This document shows positions 36,345 through 40,229 of a stretch of 40,229 bases of DNA, in pieces. The stretch is from assembly GCF_001194135.2 (NCBI RefSeq), contig NC_068992.1, positions 3,775,996 through 3,816,224 on the forward strand. Reading direction: 5' to 3'. The position numbers and the translations under genes are program-made. Numbering within the stretch: position 1 is the stretch's first letter; each line of letters starts with the position of its first letter. A model generated the notes under the pieces. It ran no database searches. It saw only the letters and a list, made by a program, of their open reading frames with translations, and was not told the DNA's origin. The DNA is from Octopus bimaculoides. Lineage: Eukaryota.

Positions 36345-36500
36345 AAGACAAAGAAATCCTTTAACACATCTTTAATGGTTCGTTACAATTGTTTCTGTAC
36401 CAACTCTACTTGCAACGCCAGTTCGAAGTGAACATTTGCGTAATTTTTGTTGTTTTAGACATGAGAGCGGCACTTCATCAGACTTCCTTCAAAGGTGAGA
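36345..36500 (-). mobile_element. Repeat family H copy (probably Penelope-like-derived)
   Basis: Shares ctttaacacatctttaatg (19 bp identical) and aattgtttct with 17277-17314; abuts (TA)n. Confidence 0.55.
36381..36484 (-). ncRNA. Minimal type I hammerhead-like motif with palindromic stem III and extended stem II
   Basis: CUGAUGA 36481-75; stem II is A.A plus 6 bp; GAAA 36395-92; C-AAUU-G; GUA site. Stem I is only 2 bp. Confidence 0.4.
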
Positions 36501-36909
36501 TCTCACGTTATATATATGTATATNNNNNNNNNNNNNNNNNNNNNNNNNNNNNNNNNNNNNNNNNNNNNNNNNNNNNNNNNNNNNNNNNNNNNNNNNNNNN
36601 NNNNNNNNNNNNNNNNNNNNNNNNNNNNNNNNNNNNNNNNNNNNNNNNNNNNNNNNNNNNNNNNNNNNNNNNNTATATATATATACACACAGTCACTGAA
36701 AAGGTTGCGAATGGTGACGAAATAATTTTGAAAGCAAAAAACAATCAGCAATAAACGATTGATTGTTTAACCAACAAGTTAAGCAAGCAATCAATCAGTT
36801 AGTTGAATAGATATTTTACCAATTGACTAATAATAAAGGAGTGAAATTGAACCAGTGAGTGTGTTATTGATATTGGCGTAATGACTCTACCTAGGCACAA
36901 CAGTATATA

Positions 36910-37419
36910 TTCAGGGTGTCCCAGAATTGATTACCTATTTCAATGAAATCGCGCAAATGTTTTTAAAAAATTACAAAATTTTATGTTTATTAATTATGAT
37001 AGCAAAACAAATAGATTTATTTTCAACATGTGCTCCGTTTGTATCCCTGCAAATTTCAAATCTGTCCTTGGCGTTGCAAAATGCATTTTGAAGCATTTCA
37101 GGAGTTATCTCCTGCACTGCTAACTGAATGCTTTCTTTAAGTTCAGCAAAATTATTGCTCCATCCTGGGGGTGGAGGTTGAGAAAATGATTGCAGCCAAA
37201 CTGAACAAAAAGCTGTTGTGGAAAGATAAGCGGGATCCAATGGGACTGAAAATATAATTATAACAAAAAATTATTGAAGCTATAAAATTATAAACAAAAT
37301 TTAAGAATTTATACACGTCTAACACTTATTAAACATGATAAATATAAATAAAAGTAAGTTTTAAAAAATAAATTGTCCGATTTAACTGAAATAGATAGTT
37401 AATTATGGGCCACCAAGTG
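36910..37419 (-). mobile_element. Internally deleted Tc1/mariner element with transposase C-terminal remnant
   Basis: Imperfect TIRs (34/47 identical by hand) flanked by TA at 36908-09 and 37420-21. Minus-strand ELKESIQLAVQEITPEMLQNAFCNAKDRFEICRDTNGAHVE resembles the post-catalytic helix of Tc1/mariner transposases. Confidence 0.8.
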
Positions 37420-37480
37420 TATGTATATATATAAATAAATAAATATATATATATAAATAAATAAATATATATATAAATAA

Positions 37481-37552
<72 letters not shown>

Positions 37553-37879
37553 GTACACGTATCATAAATAGACATAAGTCCTTATGAAGTGCGAAAGTAG
37601 GTAAGTATATAGACTTCTGATTTAAAATAATGAAATTAAACGACAATATAGATAAGTGAGTGACTAATTGTTTGCAGAATGTCGGAGTCCTTTCTGATAG
37701 GTGTTCTAAGATTTCGTATCAGTCTTATCTGAGAAATAATATGTAGGTTATAAAATATATTTTGGTTTTCGATTAATAAACTGTGCATTAGTCAGCTTTA
37801 ATTCTATATTATACGTGACTGGTACTGTAGATGTATGAATGTGTGGTAGATTTTGCTAAGGTAATATTTGTTTCAAATA

Positions 37880-38273
37880 AGGCACTGGGGTCGATGTAAT
37901 CAACTTAATCCCTTTGCCTGTCCTTTTTTGTCCCATCTATATTTAGCCCCTTGTGGACAATAAAGAAATAAGAAACGTTAGCACGCCGGGCGAGATGTTT
38001 GGCGGTATTTCGTCTGTTTTTACGTTCTGAGTTCAAATTCCGCAGTGGTCGACTTTGCCTTCCATCCTTTCGGGATCGATGAATTAAGTACGAGTTGCGT
38101 ATTGGGGTCGCTCTAATCTCCCAAAATTTTTGGCCCTGTGCCTAGAGTAGAAAAGAATCGTTATTACGCCGGGCAAAATATTTAGCGGCATTTCGTCCGT
38201 CTTCACGTTCTGAGTTCAAATTCCGCCGAGATCGATTTTGCCTTTTATTTCTTCGGGTCGATAAAATAAGTAT
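37880..38273 (+). mobile_element. SINE family A head-to-tail trimer
   Basis: Tail 37880-37971, then unit 37972-38158, then unit 38159-38273. The last two lack the first ~15 nt of the head. Confidence 0.88.
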
Positions 38274-39073
38274 GTGTGTGTGTGTGTCTGTGTGTATGTG
38301 TATGTGTGTGTATATGTGTGTGTATATATATGTGTTTATATATGTGTGTGCGTGTGTATATATGTGTGTGTGTGTGTATTTTAGTCTGTTAAGAGGGTTC
38401 TTTTAGTTCTCAGTGTACTGAGATAGTTAAATAACTGACCCCTACGGAGAATAAAATCGATTTATTCAGTAGATCCCTTTCTCATCCTTGACATCTTTTA
38501 AAGTGATTCTAGCGCTTGAAATCTTAAATTTTGGGGGGAACCATGAACGAAAGCTATGTTTAATCTATATCATATTAATTTTAATGCAAAAATAATATTG
38601 CAATTTGCATATCTATTTCCATTTGTTTCACACTCTTTGGGCACTTTTAAATTTAAGCATAAAAGAAAATTACATTTCTGAGGCTATAGAGGACCAGATA
38701 AGTTGACAATGGCGTTCAGTTTAAAATTTGTTATTTGTTATTTTGCAGTCATAGATAAGCTGTAGAATGAGATATCAGATGTATTTAGAGAGAAAGTCGA
38801 TAAAAGTGAAAGAAATATACATACGTCGGTTCTTACTCTCCTTTTTACCCGAAAGGCATAATAGTTCAACCGTATATGTGAGATACCGGTCAGTCCCCTT
38901 ACATTTATAGGGCTTAGCCTCGCGGAAAAATATCTGTTCCATTCCTGTACATAAATTAACTGCATTTAGTCTAAGATAGCTGTGAATAATTAACTCTGAA
39001 AATACCTAATTCATATCGATGCTAAAATTCAGTTTTCAATATAACCAGATTCATTGTTCAATACTTTTATACA

Positions 39074-39075
<2 letters not shown>

Positions 39076-39152
<77 letters not shown>

Positions 39153-39163
39153 TAATGATGATA
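39076..39163. repeat. (AAT)n microsatellite
   Basis: Direct inspection. Confidence 0.97.
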
Positions 39164-39813
39164 ATCTTTTTTTCTAACGTTTATTTCCTTTAGAAAATTT
39201 GAAGGAAGTTATTTGAATGTATGTATCTATCTGTCTATCTTTCTCTCTGGTCAATCTCTCATCAACTTTTTCAAGTATCACTTGAAAAGGAAGGTGAGAG
39301 TAGAGAGGCAAGTGTTGTCTAGCAAATGTTTCGAAAAAAGATGGATACATGTAGCAAGAATGGCACGTATAAATGACGAAGCCACCTTGACCATGATTCT
39401 ATAAAACGTTTTAAAATTTTGTGAACAGAGTTACTTACGTTTCTTGCATAAATAAAAGAAATTTTATTCAACAAACTGTGACACTAAGGACCGAGGTTAC
39501 CGTGGTCTTTTCGTAGGTTTTTCTTTCCACGGATAACCTCCCCATTTATTGGGAATTTTCTGTATTATTTCGTATTTTTTGTAAATACCCCAAACGTTTT
39601 GCGATGTTTCTTTTTTCATCGTTGTCCCCANNNNNNNNNNNNNNNNNNNNNNNNNNNNNNNNNNNNNNNNNNNNNNNNNNNNNNNNNNNNNNNNNNNNNN
39701 NNNNNNNNNNNNNNNNNNNNNNNNNNNNNNNNNNNNNNNNNNNNNNNNNNNNNNNNNNNNNNNNNNNNNNNNNNNNNNNNNNNNNNNNNNNNNNNNNNNN
39801 NNNNNNNNNNNNN

Positions 39814-39882
<69 letters not shown>

Positions 39883-40004
39883 TATATCTACACATACACA
39901 CACACATAAATATATAGTATGCATGTATTTGTGTGTGGGTGCATGTGTATGCCTGTATATACATATATATGCACAGACATACAAATACATATATGTTCAT
40001 GTAT

Positions 40005-40058
<54 letters not shown>

Positions 40059-40229
40059 ATCCATATGTACATATATGAGTACGCGCCAAAAGCTATATAT
40101 ATACATCAATATTTACCCATATTAAATTTTGAAAAGGTGACTCATCACCACAAGTTACTATTTATATTAATTATCTTTTTTACCTTTAACTCATTATCTG
40201 ATAATGAATTGTTTTATCTCCTGCTATTT

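Overview
This is eukaryotic, AT-rich, repeat-dense DNA with 11 assembly gaps (3,435 N). The SINE types and very high microsatellite density suggest an Octopus/coleoid cephalopod scaffold; this is inferred from remembered repeat sequences, not from a search. I can support no complete protein-coding gene, rRNA, intact tRNA or CRISPR array, and almost all listed ORFs are translated microsatellites or run through N gaps. What I can support: about 30 copies or fragments of three tRNA-headed SINE families; decayed LINE fragments of three groups (RTE, CR1/L2-like, and RLE-type R4-like); an internally deleted Tc1/mariner with TIRs; a short Helitron-like element; three tandem repeats with 19-33 bp units; and one candidate coding exon (minus strand, about 7890-7794). 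The most unusual signal is a set of hammerhead-ribozyme-like cores in two short repeat families. At 22161-22230 all core nucleotides and three pairable stems are present, but in a strand order that is not type I, II or III, so it would have to fold as a pseudoknot or across two tandem units. Protein and repeat family assignments come from manual translation and motif recall and need database confirmation. Repeat boundaries are approximate unless stated.
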